From Octopus vulgaris (Eukaryota), in the NCBI GenBank assembly GCA_951406725.2, contig OX597840.1, positions 7,626,001 through 7,690,000 of the forward strand: a stretch of DNA of 64,000 bases, written 5' to 3'. The translations under genes and the position numbers were made by a program. The notes below the pieces were generated by a model, which worked only from the letters and a program-made list of their open reading frames with translations, was not told where the DNA came from and searched no databases. Positions 40,420 to 53,365 of the stretch are shown piece after piece. How positions within the stretch are numbered: the first letter of the stretch is position 1; every line of letters begins with the position of its first letter.

Positions 40420-41879
40420 TGTTTTAACAAACTGGGAAGCGAATGATGGATGGATGTCCGACTAAATCTGACTGAAGCACTTCTATAACAAACAGCATCC
40501 GCATTTTGTTTTTCTTATTGTTTCATCTTTTTACTTGTTGTAGTCATTTGACTGCGGCCATGCTGGGGCAGCGCCTTGAGGGGTTTCGCCAAACAAATTT
40601 GACTCCAGTGTTTTTTTTTTGGCCTTCTAAGCCCGATACTTATTCCATCAATCTCTTTTTGTCGAACTGCTGGGTTACGGAGACGTAAACATCCAAACAG
40701 CGGTTGCCAAGTAGTAGTGGGACACAAACACACACACACACACACACGTATTTTTCTTATATGCCTTAGTCGTTAGACTGCGGTCATGATAGGGCACATA
40801 CGACTGGCTTCTTTCGGTTTCCGTCTATCAAATACAATCGCAAGGTTTTGGTCGGCTTGGGCCTTATTGTAGAAAGCACTACGCAGTGGGACTGAACCCG
40901 GAACCATGTGGTTGTGAAGCAAGCCTCTTAACCACACAGCTACACCTGCTCCTGTGTTATTGTTGTTGTCCAGCCCCAGGTCGGTCAGACCTGCGATTGA
41001 TGATCCATCCAGAAGGTGCCCAAGTCGTGACCATCCTCCCTCATCCTTATATATATATCGACCCCAGTGCGTAACTGGTACTTAATTTATCGACCCCCGA
41101 AAGGATGAAAGGCAAAGTCGACCTCGTCGGAATTCGAACTCGGAACGTAACGGCAGACGAAATATACCTATTTCTTTACTTACTACCCAAGACCATCAGG
41201 TGTGATGTGAATCGAGGGAGATTTAGCTGCGGTTTTCTCGGAAGACCGTGTTTCTAGCCGACTACGCAAAGGCTCCCACGTCGACCTGGAGCGAGTAGCA
41301 GCAAGTAATAGCAGATGTAGTAGTATTGCTAGTAGTAGTAATAGTGGTGGTGGTTACGGTTGTAGTAGTAGTGCTTCATCTGTGTGGAAGGGCACCTGAG
41401 TCACATGACAATGCAAAGCGATTAGTACAATGCTATGTAGGAATAAAACGCATAATAATAATGATAATAATAATGACAACGTTGACGGTAATTAATTATT
41501 TATAATGAGGAATTTTTTGAAGATTTCAAACGTTAAAAGTACAAAGCCAGGAAGGTTTTTTTTTTTGCTTTTTTGCGAGTGAAGCATTCGATTATATCGA
41601 TACCAGTTTACCTGATTGGTATTTTTTGATAGTCGATTTTTTAAAAATTTTTTTCTATCGATCTCCCTTTGGAAGGACGAGCGAGCAAAGTCGATCGACC
41701 TCGGCAAGGTATATCGAATTATATATTTTAATAAAAGGACGTCAAGTATACAAGACTAAAAACGCCGCTAAACGTTTCTCCTGACGTTCCACCGTAATCT
41801 ACTTAAATGATCTAATTACTAATACACCCCACCACCACCATCACCACGTCTAATCACACGTACATACGCGCGCGCGGTT

Positions 41880-41927
41880 TTCTATCTATCTATCTGTATC
41901 TATCTATCTACCTATCTATCTATCTAC

Positions 41928-42006
<79 letters not shown>

Positions 42007-42310
42007 CCTACCTATCTATCATCTATCTATCTATCTTTCTTTCTTTCCATTTACGATCCCTTTTGATCGAAAACCAACCCACGTTTTTTTTTATCCCCCA
42101 AAAGAATAGCTCTACCTTGTAATATGTCCCGTCTGTGTGCAGCCCTGTGTGGCTAATAAAGAAACATATCTATCTATCTACCTAAATACCTACCTATCTA
42201 CCTACCTACCTATCTACCTACCTACCTATTTATATACCTACCTATCTATATCTATCTATCTACCTATCTATCTACCTACCTACCTATCTGTCTATCTATC
42301 TATCTGTCTG

Positions 42311-42386
<76 letters not shown>

Positions 42387-42445
42387 CCTATCTACCTACT
42401 TACCTACTTACCTACCTACCTATCTACCTATCTATCTATCTATCT
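41880..42445. repeat. (CTAT)n/(CTAC)n microsatellite with an inserted LINE-like 3' end (42050-42165)
   Basis: Direct reading; the insert is also present at 62505-62627. Confidence 0.85.
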
Positions 42446-43069
42446 GTCTGTCAACTAATTGGTGGTGGGTGGGCTCTTAAACAATTCATTCGCAGAAAGT
42501 GGGGATTATGTGATATCTATGCCTCTCCAGAGGTTATGGAGACAACACAAGCGGGACGTCGAAGGAAACGAAAACTGCGCCATCGACAGGAAATCGAAAT
42601 CTTTCTGCTTTTTACGTCACACAACTATAACAAAACCCACCACTAATGCCACGGCTTCCGTCTCCGCCGCCGCCTACATCACCACAACCCTAATCTCCAC
42701 CACCATCGCCAATACTACTGGGCCGACGCAATGGGGGATCGTCGTCCATGGTTGCTCGACCTGCTAGAAATAGCAGCAAAATCTCACTCGACGCCACACT
42801 CCATTTTGTATTGAATAAAGAAGTGGTGGGTGTGGTAGTAGGTGGGGGGTGCACATCAGCTAATGTATTACCACGTACTCTCCAAAAGACTGTTGCCTGA
42901 TGCAGGCATGGTCTTGTGGTAAGAAGCCTACTTCTCAACCACATGGTTCCAGGTTCAGTCCCACTGCATGGCACCTTGGGCAAATGTCTTCTATAGCCTC
43001 AGGCCGACCAAAGGCTTGTGAATGGATTTGGTAGACAGAAACTGAAAGAAGCCTGTCATATATATATAT

Positions 43070-43228
43070 GAGTGGCTGTGTGGTAAGTAGCTTGTTTACC
43101 AACCACATGGTTCCGGGTTCAGTCCCACTGCGTGGCACCTTGGGCAAGTGTCTTCTGTTATAGCCTCGGGCCGACCAAAGCCATGTGAGTGGATTTTGGT
43201 AGACGGAAACTGAAAGAAGCCCGTCGTA

Positions 43229-43288
<60 letters not shown>

Positions 43289-43500
43289 GTGTGTGTATGT
43301 TTGTATGTTTGTTTGTCCCCCAGCATTGCTTGACAACCGATGCTGGTGTGTTTATGTCCCTGTCACTTAGCGGTTCCGGCAAAGGAGATTGATAGAATAA
43401 GTACTGGTCTTACAAAGAATAAATCCCGGGGTCGAGTTGCTCGATTAAAGGCGGTGCTCCAGCATGGCCGCAGTCAAATGACTGAAATAAGTAAAGAGTA
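43070..43500 (+). mobile_element. SINE family A, preceded by a partial copy from ~42900
   Basis: Matches 304-692. Confidence 0.85.
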
Positions 43501-43603
43501 AATATATATATTCTTTTGTAAGCCCAGTACTTATTCTATCGGTCTCTTTTGCCGAACCTCTAGGTAACGGGGACATAAACACACCAGCATCAGTTGTCAA
43601 GCA

Positions 43604-43643
<40 letters not shown>

Positions 43644-43807
43644 CGGGAAGCTTTATGAAAATAGACAAAAGACGAAGGCAGGTGGAAAACAAACGAACAA
43701 TTGTATTAGTATGGCGCTCAGGAAATATAAATAAAACAAGTCTTTAACGTTTCGAGCCTACGCTCTTCAACAGAAAGATACACAGAGAGAAAAAAACACA
43801 GAAAGAA

Positions 43808-43879
<72 letters not shown>

Positions 43880-44380
43880 CAATAAGAAAATGGAGGGGAT
43901 CAATAGGTGGTATTCATCAACTTTTTAGACATATCATGTCAATTTATTTATTTACTAAAAGGACAATTATAACAATATACATACATGTATAACATGTTAT
44001 GCTTTACACACACTCATTATATAAAGAGCTATTACTATAAGTAAATACCTCATGCTGTAATGGGACTCTAAAGTCTTATTTATTGTAATAGCCCTTAATC
44101 ATCGTTTAACGTCTGTTCTCCATGCTAGCATGGGTTATAATTAATTTATTCATATTTAAAGATAAATTATATACTTTGTATTAATTTTTTCCTAAACTGG
44201 TTTTTCATGCCGGCTACTTGATAAATTCTTATATAGAATTTATCGTTATATTTTATATATATATATATGTATATAATCAACCGATAAGGGTGAGAAAATT
44301 GGGTACTAATTTAATGGCACATCCATTTACCACCAAGTGGCTTAGTGCATAAAAAACCCGGATTACGACACATTTTATAC

Positions 44381-44488
44381 ATAAATATAAGAGAGTGACC
44401 ACCATGTGGTCTACTCTAGCACTAAAAATAGATCCGCAAGGATCTATTTTTTTGTGCTAGAGTAGACCACATGGTAGTCACTCTCTTA

Positions 44489-44495
<7 letters not shown>
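44381..44495. repeat. Near-perfect ~55-bp hairpin closed by a GCAA tetraloop
   Basis: ...AGATCC-GCAA-GGATCT...; arms pair out to ATAAATATAAGAGAG / CTCTCTTATATTTAT. Confidence 0.93.
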
Positions 44496-44535
<40 letters not shown>

Positions 44536-44536
44536 G

Positions 44537-44569
<33 letters not shown>

Positions 44570-44699
44570 GTCTGTGTGTGTGTTTTGTGTCTGTATTTGT
44601 CCTCCACCATTGCTTGACAACCGATGTTGGTTTATTTACATCCCTGTAACTTAGCGGTTTAGCAAAAAGAGCCCAATAGAATGTCTTTAGTCTTTTTTT

Positions 44700-45062
44700 A
44701 GTCTTTTACTTGTTTCAGTCATTTGACTGCGGCCATGCTGGAGCACCGCCATTAATCGAGCAACTTGACCCCGGGACTTATTCTTTTGTAAACCCAGTAC
44801 TTATTCTATCGGTCTCTTTTTGCCGAACTGCTAAGTGACAGGGACATAAACACACCAGCATCGGTTGTCAAGCAATGCTAGGGGGATGAACACAGACACA
44901 CATAGATACACGCACACATATGTACATATATATACATATATACGATGGGCTTCTTTCAGTTTCCGTCTACCAAATCCACTCACAAGGCTTTGGTTGGCCT
45001 GAAGCTATAGTAGAAGACACTTGCCCAAGGTGCCACGCAGTGGGACTGAACCCAGAACCATG
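44700..45062 (-). mobile_element. SINE family A, head truncated
   Basis: Reverse complement of family A. Confidence 0.82.
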
Positions 45063-46767
45063 TGAACCCAGAACCATGTGCCTATATGTATATATATATG
45101 TCTGTGTTTGTCCTCCACCATTGCTTGACAACTGATGTTGGTTTGTTTACGTCCCTGTAACTTAGCGGTTTACCAAAAGGAGCCCAATAGAATAAGTACC
45201 AGGCTTTAAAAAAATAAATCCTGAGCTTGATTTTTTAAAACTAAAACCCTTCAAGGTGCTGCCCCAGCAAAGATAAAAGACAATAGATACAAATAAAACA
45301 AAAGATGAGAGGCAATAGGTGCAAATCCTCTCCCAAACACACATGAATCTCCGGTTCCCACAGACATGCAGTCTCTGGTTTCTCCTTAGTATTTTTATTG
45401 CTATTCCAATGGCCTCTGCTTCTCAGAATTTTTTTTGGTTTTGTACCACTTCTACTCAATTACTCTTGGAGGCACATGGTCGAGGGATTGCGGGTTCGAA
45501 TCTCAGACCGGGCGATGTGTGTTTGTTTATGAGCAAAACACCTAAGCTCCACGCGGCTCCGGCAGAAGGTAATGGCGAACTTCTGCTGACTCTTCCACCA
45601 CAACTTTCTCTCACTCTTTCCTCCTGCATCTTGCAGCCCACTTATATATATGTGTGTGTGTATGTGTTTGTCCCCCTAGCATTGCTTGACAACCGAAGCC
45701 CGTCGTATATATGTATATATATATGTGTGTGTGTATGTTTGTGTGTCTGTGTTTGTCCCCCTAGCATTGCTTGACAACCGATGCTGGTGTATTTACGTCC
45801 CCGTCACTTAGCAGTTCGGCAAAAGAGACCGATAGAATAAGTACTGGGCTTACAAAAGAATAAGTCCCGGGGTCGAGTTGCTTGATTAAAGGCGGTGCTC
45901 CAGCATGGCCACAGTCAAATGACTGAAACAAGTAAAAGAGAAAGTCTGGTACTTATTCTATTGGCCTTTTTTGCTGAACTCATGGGTTGTCGGGACACAA
46001 ACACACCAACACTAGTTGTCAAGTGGTGGGGTGTAGACACACAAACACACACACACATGGCAGGCTTCTTTCAGTCTCTGTCTATCAGATCCACTCACAG
46101 GGTTTTGGTCGGCCTGAGGTTATTGTAAAAGTCACTTGCAGGTAAGAAGATTCTTGTGGCTGCCAAACTCCTTTACCTGTACTTTACACGGTACAACATT
46201 AAAAAACTTATATCAATTATACTAATGTACAGCTACCTGTATTTCATTTACTTGCTGATGTAAATTTAGTATTAGTTTAATTTAAAGTGTGTTGTCCATG
46301 ATGACCATCCCTGCTTTGGAAAAACCAGTAATCTGGAAAGCTTTTGGAACCAAAGGTTACCGAAAATTAATGTTGTACATGTACCATCATCATCGATTAA
46401 CATCTATAGGCATAGGAGTGGCTGTGTGGTAAGTAGCTTGCTTACGAACCACATGGTTCCGGGTTCAGTCCCACTTTATAGCACTGGTCCTCAAACAACC
46501 TTTTATACTTATTTTATCAACCACAAATGTGTGTGTATGGAGGGTGGGAGGGCAGAGATATTAGAGGTCAAGCTGACCCTGGCAAAAATGGAAAATCTGT
46601 TATGAACTAATGACTAAAAAAAATAGATTTATTTATTTATCATTATACATTAGGAAGGGCATCCAGCCATAGAAACCATGCCAAAACAGACAATTGAAAT
46701 CTGGACAGCTCTCCAGCCTTGCCAGCTCCTGTCAAACCAAGCTACCCTGCCAGCATGGAAAACATAC

Positions 46768-46937
46768 TCTTTTACTTGTTTCAGTCATTTGACTGCGGCC
46801 ATGCTGGAGCACTGCCTTTAGTCGAGCAAATCGACCCCGGGACTTATTCTTTGTAAGCCTAGCACTTATTCTATTGGTCTCTTTTGCCGAACCGCTAAGT
46901 TATGGGGACGTAAACACACCAGCATTGGTTGTCAAGA

Positions 46938-46968
<31 letters not shown>

Positions 46969-47180
46969 AGGGGGGGGGAAACGCAGACACACAAATATAC
47001 ATATATACATATATACGACGGGCTTCTTTCAGTTTCCGTCTACCAAATCCACTCACAAGGCTTCGGTCGGCCAAAGGCTATAGCAGAATACACTTGCCCA
47101 AGGTGCCGCGCAGTGGTACTGAACCCGGAACCATGTGGTTGGTAAGCAGGCTACTTACCACACAGCCACTCCTATGCCTA
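46768..47180 (-). mobile_element. SINE family A, full length
   Basis: Reverse complement of family A. Confidence 0.85.
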
Positions 47181-47961
47181 TAGATGTTAATCAATGATGA
47201 TGGTACATGTACAATATTAATTTTATGTGACTTTCAGTTCTAAAAGCTTTCCAGATTACTGGTTTTTCCAAAGCAGGGATGGTCATCATGGACAACACAC
47301 TTTAAATTAAACTAATATTGGGTAAGTGTCTTCTGCTATAGTCTTGGGCTGAGCAAAGCTTTGTGAGTGGATTTGGTAGGCAGAAACTGAAAGAAGCCTG
47401 TAATATATATAATCTGTGTGTGTGTGTCTTTGGGTCTATGTTTGTCTCCCCCCCCACCATTGCTTGACAACTGGTGTTGGTGTGTTTATGTCCCTGTAAC
47501 TTAGCAGTTTGTCAAAAGTGACTGAGAGAATCGGTACCAGTCTTAAAAAGAAAGAAAAAAGTTCTGGGGTTGATTCATTTTACTAAAAATTCTTCTTCAG
47601 CACGGCTGCAGTGTAATGACTGAAACAAAACAATACACACACACTCCACACCAGGGGTGGTCACTATAGTCAACACCCTCCAAATTAAACAAATATTAAA
47701 TTTACTTGAATAATTAAGTGAAATATCGGTAGCTATTCGTTAGTGTAAATGATACTGGTTTGTTAATATTGTACAGTGCAGGAAGGCAGGTGAGTCAGTA
47801 GAATTGTTAGCAGTGTTTCATCCATCATCATGTTCTGAGTTCAAATTCCATGAAGGTTGACTTTACCTTTCGTATCTTCAGGGTCTATAAAGTTAGTACC
47901 AGTTGAATACTGGGGATCAATGTACCTGACTTACCCCTCCTCTAAAATTGCTGGCCCTGTT

Positions 47962-48571
47962 CCATGCAGTGCTTCGGTGCTTCTACAACGGAGCTTAAGG
48001 TGGTTCGGTCATGCGGCTCGGTGTCCAGAGGGTGAGCTGATTCGCAATGTTCTCCTCCCACCTCCACATCCCAGCTGGTGCAAATGCACAGGTGGGCAGC
48101 TGAAGACCTGGTCAATGACGATGAAGGAGGACCTCTGAACTCTCGGGTTCGCAGGTGGTCGGTCTGCGCAGATGGAACCTATTTCTTTATTACCCACAAG
48201 GGGCTAAACACAGAGGGGACAAACGGACAGACATAGGTATTAAGTCAATTGCATTGACCTCAGTGTGTAACTGGTACTTAATTTATCGACCCCTAAGGAT
48301 GAAAGGCAAAGTCGACCTTGGCGGAATTTGAACTCACAACGTAATGGCAGACGAAATACTGCTAAGCATTTCGCCCGGCGTGCTAATGATTCTGCCAGCT
48401 CGCCGCCTTGCCAGCTCTGCGCAGATGGAATCGCGAATGGCTCGCTATCTCCAGTGACCTCGCACAGGACCGTTGAGTGTGGGCCGCCATGGTTCGTGAT
48501 GCCGTTAGGACCAGAGAAGAAGCTGGCTCAACCCGCCCTGGGTGAACGCCGCCATAAGTATAAGTACAAGT
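47962..48571 (+). mobile_element. RTE LINE 3' fragment split by a SINE insertion
   Basis: LLQRSLRWFGHAARCPEGELIRNVLLP...GGQLKTWSMTMKEDL...RRWNREWL...; tail (AAGTAC)n. Confidence 0.85.
48178..48415 (-). mobile_element. SINE family B full-length copy with 15-bp TSD
   Basis: TCTGCGCAGATGGAA is duplicated at 48163-48177 and 48416-48430. Confidence 0.93.
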
Positions 48572-48919
48572 TACCTTGTTCCAAAATTGAAACTGATATT
48601 GTACAGTGCAAGGGACTAGTCTCTGCAAGGTAAACTAATCTGGGAGCCACAGGAATTTGAAGTTTCTGCTTGTAAGAGGTTCCAAACCATCAGCATCTGG
48701 AAAGTCCATATTGTACCTGTAGCTTGTTGCAAGGGTTTTGAGGAAACTGGTAGTGGTCTCTGTGTTGGCTGAAAATTATGCTGTGAAATTCTTGAGTTTT
48801 TTTCCTTCACCTTTTACTTGTTTCATTCATTAGACTGTGGCCATGTTGGGACATTGCCTTGAAGAATTTTTTGTTGAACAAATTAACCCCAGTACTTTTT
48901 TTTGTTTTTGCCTGTTCGA

Positions 48920-49262
48920 AATCGATCAACATCAATGGAAATTGCAGCTGTGATACCAGTGCCGATGGCACGTAAGCAGACCATCCGAACGTGGCCGTTG
49001 CCAGCGCCGCCCCGACGGGCCTCCATACCGGTGGCACGTAAAAAGCACCATCCGATCGTGGCCATTGCCAGCCTCGCCTGGCACGTAAAAAGCACCCACT
49101 ACACTCACGGAGTGGTTGGCGTTAAGAAGGGCATCCAGCCGTAGAAACATTGCCAGATCAGACTGGGCCTGGTGTGGACTTCTGGCTTCCCAGACCCCAG
49201 TTGAACCGTCCAACCCATGCTAGCATGGAAAGCGGACGCTAAATGATGATGATGATGATGAT
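48920..49262 (+). mobile_element. SINE-like family D inserted in a family A relic
   Basis: Ends GGAAAGCGGACGCTAAATGATGATGAT; family A sequence continues on both sides. Confidence 0.75.
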
Positions 49263-50094
49263 TCTATCAGTCACTTTTGCTAAATTGCTAAGTTACATGA
49301 ACATAAACACACCAACACCGATTGTCAAGTGGTGGTAGGGGACAAACACAGACACACACACGCCCGCATTATGGGCTTCTTTCAGTTTCTATCTACCAAG
49401 TTCACTGATAAGGCTTTGCTCAGCCCAAGGCTATAGGAGAAGAGACTTGCCCAAGGTGTCACACAGTGGGACTGAACCTGGAACCATGTGGTTGAGAAAC
49501 AAACTTCTTACCAGACAGTCACGCCTACACTTATGGACGAGGTTATGTCACATGGGGGAGCAGGAATGGGGTAAAGAATCTAACATTTTGGGGGCTGTCT
49601 CGTCCTCCCTCAGAGAAAGGGAGAAAAAAAACTTTTTTTCAGGAACAGGTGTGGTTACATGGTTAAGAAGCTTGCTTTGTAATCACATGGTTTCAGGTTC
49701 AGTCCCACGGCATGGCACCACTGTCAAGTGTTTTTTACAATAATTCTAGGCTGATTAAAACCTTTGTGGTGATTTGGTAGATGGAAACATAGATAAGCTT
49801 GTGTGTGTGTGAATGAGTGGGTGGGTGCACCCATGTCTTGACATCATGTGATAGTTGTGAGTGAGTGTCACTGATATACATGTCATGTTACAGGTTGGTA
49901 ACCAGACACGTTAGAAATAGCAGCCAAATCTCATGCCTTCTGTCTTTTGTTTTATACTATACTCGAGCATCATTGTGTATGTGTATGATGCATGTTCGGT
50001 TTAATATGTATGTGTGTATATGATGTGTGTGTGTGTGTGTTTGTTTAATATGTATGTGATATGTGTGTTTCTGTGTAATATCTACGAGATAATG

Positions 50095-50685
50095 ATGTGT
50101 GTATGTGTGTGTATGTGTCTATGCATGTGTGTAGGTGTGTGTCTATGCATGTGTGTATGTGTGTGTCTATGCATGTGTGTATGTAGGTGTGTGTCTGCAT
50201 GTGTGTGTCTGCATGTGTGTGTATGTGTGCCTATGCATGTGTGTATGTGTGTCTCTATGCATGTGTGTATGTGTGTCTCTATGCATGTGTGTATGTGTGT
50301 GTCTATGCATGTGTGTATGTGTGTGTCTATGCATGTGTGTATGTGTGTGTGTCTATGCATGTGTGTATGTGTGTGTGTCTATGCATGTGTGTATGTGTGT
50401 GTCTATGCATGTGTATGTGTGTGTCTATGCATGTGTGTATGTGTGTGTCTATGCATGCATGTGTGTATGTGTGTGTCTATGCATGCATGTGTGTATGTGT
50501 GTGTCTATGCATGCATGTGTATGTGTGTGTGTCTATGCATGTGTGTAGGTGTGTGTGTCTATGCATGTGTATGTGTGTGTGTCTATGCATGTGTGTATGT
50601 GTGTGTGTCTATGCATGTGTGTAGGTGTGTGTGTCTATGCATGTGTGTATGTGTGTGTGTCTATGCATGTGTGTATGTGTGTGTG
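50095..50685. repeat. TG-rich ~22-28-bp minisatellite
   Basis: Recurring GTGTATGTGTGTGTCTATGCATGT. Confidence 0.9.
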
Positions 50686-51223
50686 GCCATACATATACAT
50701 AAATCATATTCGCTGAAAAAATATCATTTTTGGTTTTACTGCTATTACTACTATGTATATAAATGTATGTGTGTGTATGTATGTGTGTGTGTATATCCCT
50801 GTGTATGTATGTGTGTTTGTGCCTGTGTTCGTCTGTATGCGTCTGTTTGTGTATTCAAGGTCATTCTGTCCAGATTCTTTCAATCTCCACACCATCTCCC
50901 CTCACATCACCATCACACTCTCGTCTTAGCTTAATTTCCTCTTCGTCTTCCTCCGCCTCTCTCTCTCTCTCTCTCTTCATCTCTCTCTCTCTCTCTTCAT
51001 CTCTCTCTCTCTCTCCCTCTTCATCTCTTTCTCTCTCTTCCTTTATCTCTTTGATTCCTATCTCTTTCTCTCTCTCTCACCTACACCCACTGCCAGTGAC
51101 CACCTCATCGCCACCACATTGTCTGCAACACTTGGCATCATACGAAAGCTATTCTTGCATATAGCTAGCTACTAAGTGATATTGTGGTTTTTGCCATTGC
51201 AACATTTCAGATAAATATATACA

Positions 51224-51630
51224 GGCGCAGGAGTGGCTGTGTGGTAAGCAGCTTGCTAACCAACCACATGGTTCCGGGTTCAGTCCCACTGCGTGGCATC
51301 TTGGGCAAGTGTCTTCACGCTATAGCCCCGGCCCAACCAATGCCTTGTGAGTGGATTTGGTAGACGGAAACTGAAATAAGCCTGTCGTATATAAGTATAT
51401 ATGTATATATATGTGTGTGTGTTTGCGTGTCTGTGTTTGTTCCCCTAGCATTGCTTGACAACCGATGCTGGTGTGTTTACGTCCCCGTCACTTAGCGGTT
51501 CGGCAAAAGAGACCGATAGAATAAGTACTGGGCTTACAAAGAATAAGTCCCGGGGTCGAGTTGCTCGACTAAAGGCGGTGCTCCAGCATGGCCGCAGTCA
51601 AATGACTGAAACAAGTAAAAGAGTAAAAGA
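51224..51630 (+). mobile_element. SINE family A, full length
   Basis: Matches 304-692. Confidence 0.88.
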
Positions 51631-52046
51631 GGCACGAGTGTGGCTGTGTGGTAAGAATTTTGCTTCCTGGCCACATGGTTCTGGGTTCAGTCTCACCGCA
51701 TGGCACCTTGGGCAAAGTGTCTTCTGCTGTAATCCTGGGCCAACCAAAGTCTCGTGAGTGGATTTGATAGACAGAAACTGAAGGAAGCTCATATACATAC
51801 ATGCACATGCACGAGTGTGTGTGTGTTTGTCTGTTTGTGCTCTATGACCACTTGATAAATAGTGTAGGTTTGTTTACATTCCTTGTAACATTAGCAATTT
51901 TGCAAAAGAAATGGATAGAAATGTGGTGCACCTGAGCACTGTATACAATAATTTAATTATTATATTATTATTATTATTATATATATGTATGTATATATAC
52001 ACACACACAATATATATATATACATACATATATATATACACGCACA

Positions 52047-52078
<32 letters not shown>

Positions 52079-52105
52079 TATATATATATATATATATACA
52101 CACAA

Positions 52106-52412
52106 TATCTATAAAATAATATGTTACATTGCTCGATAGTCAAGATAAAACTCTGAGTTTCAGATGCCGAAGTGGGAATCCACAACGCCATCTCTTCAGT
52201 TATCTGGCTATTTGAAAACGCTATCTTTTGAAAGTCTATCCTAAAATTTGTTCATAAGCTTCAGTAGGTCCGCTTCGAAGTCTATCCTAAAAGATAGCAT
52301 TTTCAAATAGCCAGATAACCGAAGAGATGGCGTTGTGGATTCCCACCTCGGCATCTGAAACTCAGAGTTTTATCTTGACTATCGAGCAATGTAACATATT
52401 ATTTTATAGATA
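52106..52412. mobile_element. Penelope-like inverted pLTR pair (124-bp arms), each arm with a hammerhead motif
   Basis: 52106-52229 is the reverse complement of 52289-52412 (~3 differences). The arm reads GATAA-C(T/C)GAAGA-GATG...CATCT-GAAA-CTCAGAG-TT-TTATC and lies within (TA)n. Confidence 0.75.
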
Positions 52413-52455
52413 AATTTCCTCTATTTACATATATATATATATACAATGTATATAT

Positions 52456-52505
<50 letters not shown>

Positions 52506-52765
52506 GTAATAAACATCCGGTTTAGACCATAACAACTACAAACAATTATATTGTTAGTGTTTCTTCAATCATTTGTGCCATAACTACCAAAATGACTACC
52601 ACTACCACCAAAGGATTTGAAATATAATCTCTTCCTATTACCGCTCTTCCTCTCCTCTTCCCTTTGTCTTAATTACTCTCCACATAAAACACATTTGACT
52701 ACACTATCTATCTCTCATATCTTTAGATACTGCTCTGACCTTGCCATAGCCCAAGAATGCTATAG

Positions 52766-53365
52766 TACTTACTTGTACTTGTGGCAACATTCACCCTGGG
52801 CAAGTTGAGTCGGCTTCTTCTACATGTGGGAATATGTGGATTTCACAAGCGGTCTCCAACAATCCCGCATGTAGAGACATCCTGTTTGCCGCAGATTGTC
52901 CGCAGACGCAGGAACAGAACGACCGAGGAGCCGCCAGTTGCCGAAGCAGACTCTTCGAGGATTTTCACCAGAGCCCCGTCTGCCGGGTTGTGGCCCTAAT
53001 ACCACTCGGTGTGAGACCAATCCGCCTTGGGTGGCCCTACCAGGAACCGAAGTTCCTGACGGCCGTGGGAATATGTGGATTTCACAAGCGGTCCTCAACA
53101 ATCCCGCATGTGGAGACGTCCTGTTTGCCGCAGATTGTCCGCAGATGCAGGGACAGAACGACGGAGGAGCCGCCGGTTGCCGAAGCAGACACTCCGAGGA
53201 TTTTCACTAGAGCCCCGTCTGCTGGGTTGTGGCCCTAATACCACTCGGTGTTAGACCAATCCGCCTTGGGTGGCCCTACCAGGAACTGAAGTTCCCGACG
53301 GCATAGCTCTGACACTACCCATTGCCAGCCTCCCCACCACGGTGAGGAGGGGATGGACTTTGGGG
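52766..53365 (-). mobile_element. Non-autonomous bipartite RTE derivative (5'UTR plus 3' tail) with an internal 239-bp duplication
   Basis: TSD ATGCTATAG at 52757-52765 and 53366-53374. The 5' part GAGCTATGCCG...GGTAGGGCCACCCAAGGCGG resembles RTE 5'UTRs; the 3' end matches the RTE tail at 48515-48571. Confidence 0.8.

Noticed and set aside
50014-50934. Cys-rich 306-aa ORF (metallothionein-like look)
   Set aside because: TG minisatellite translation.
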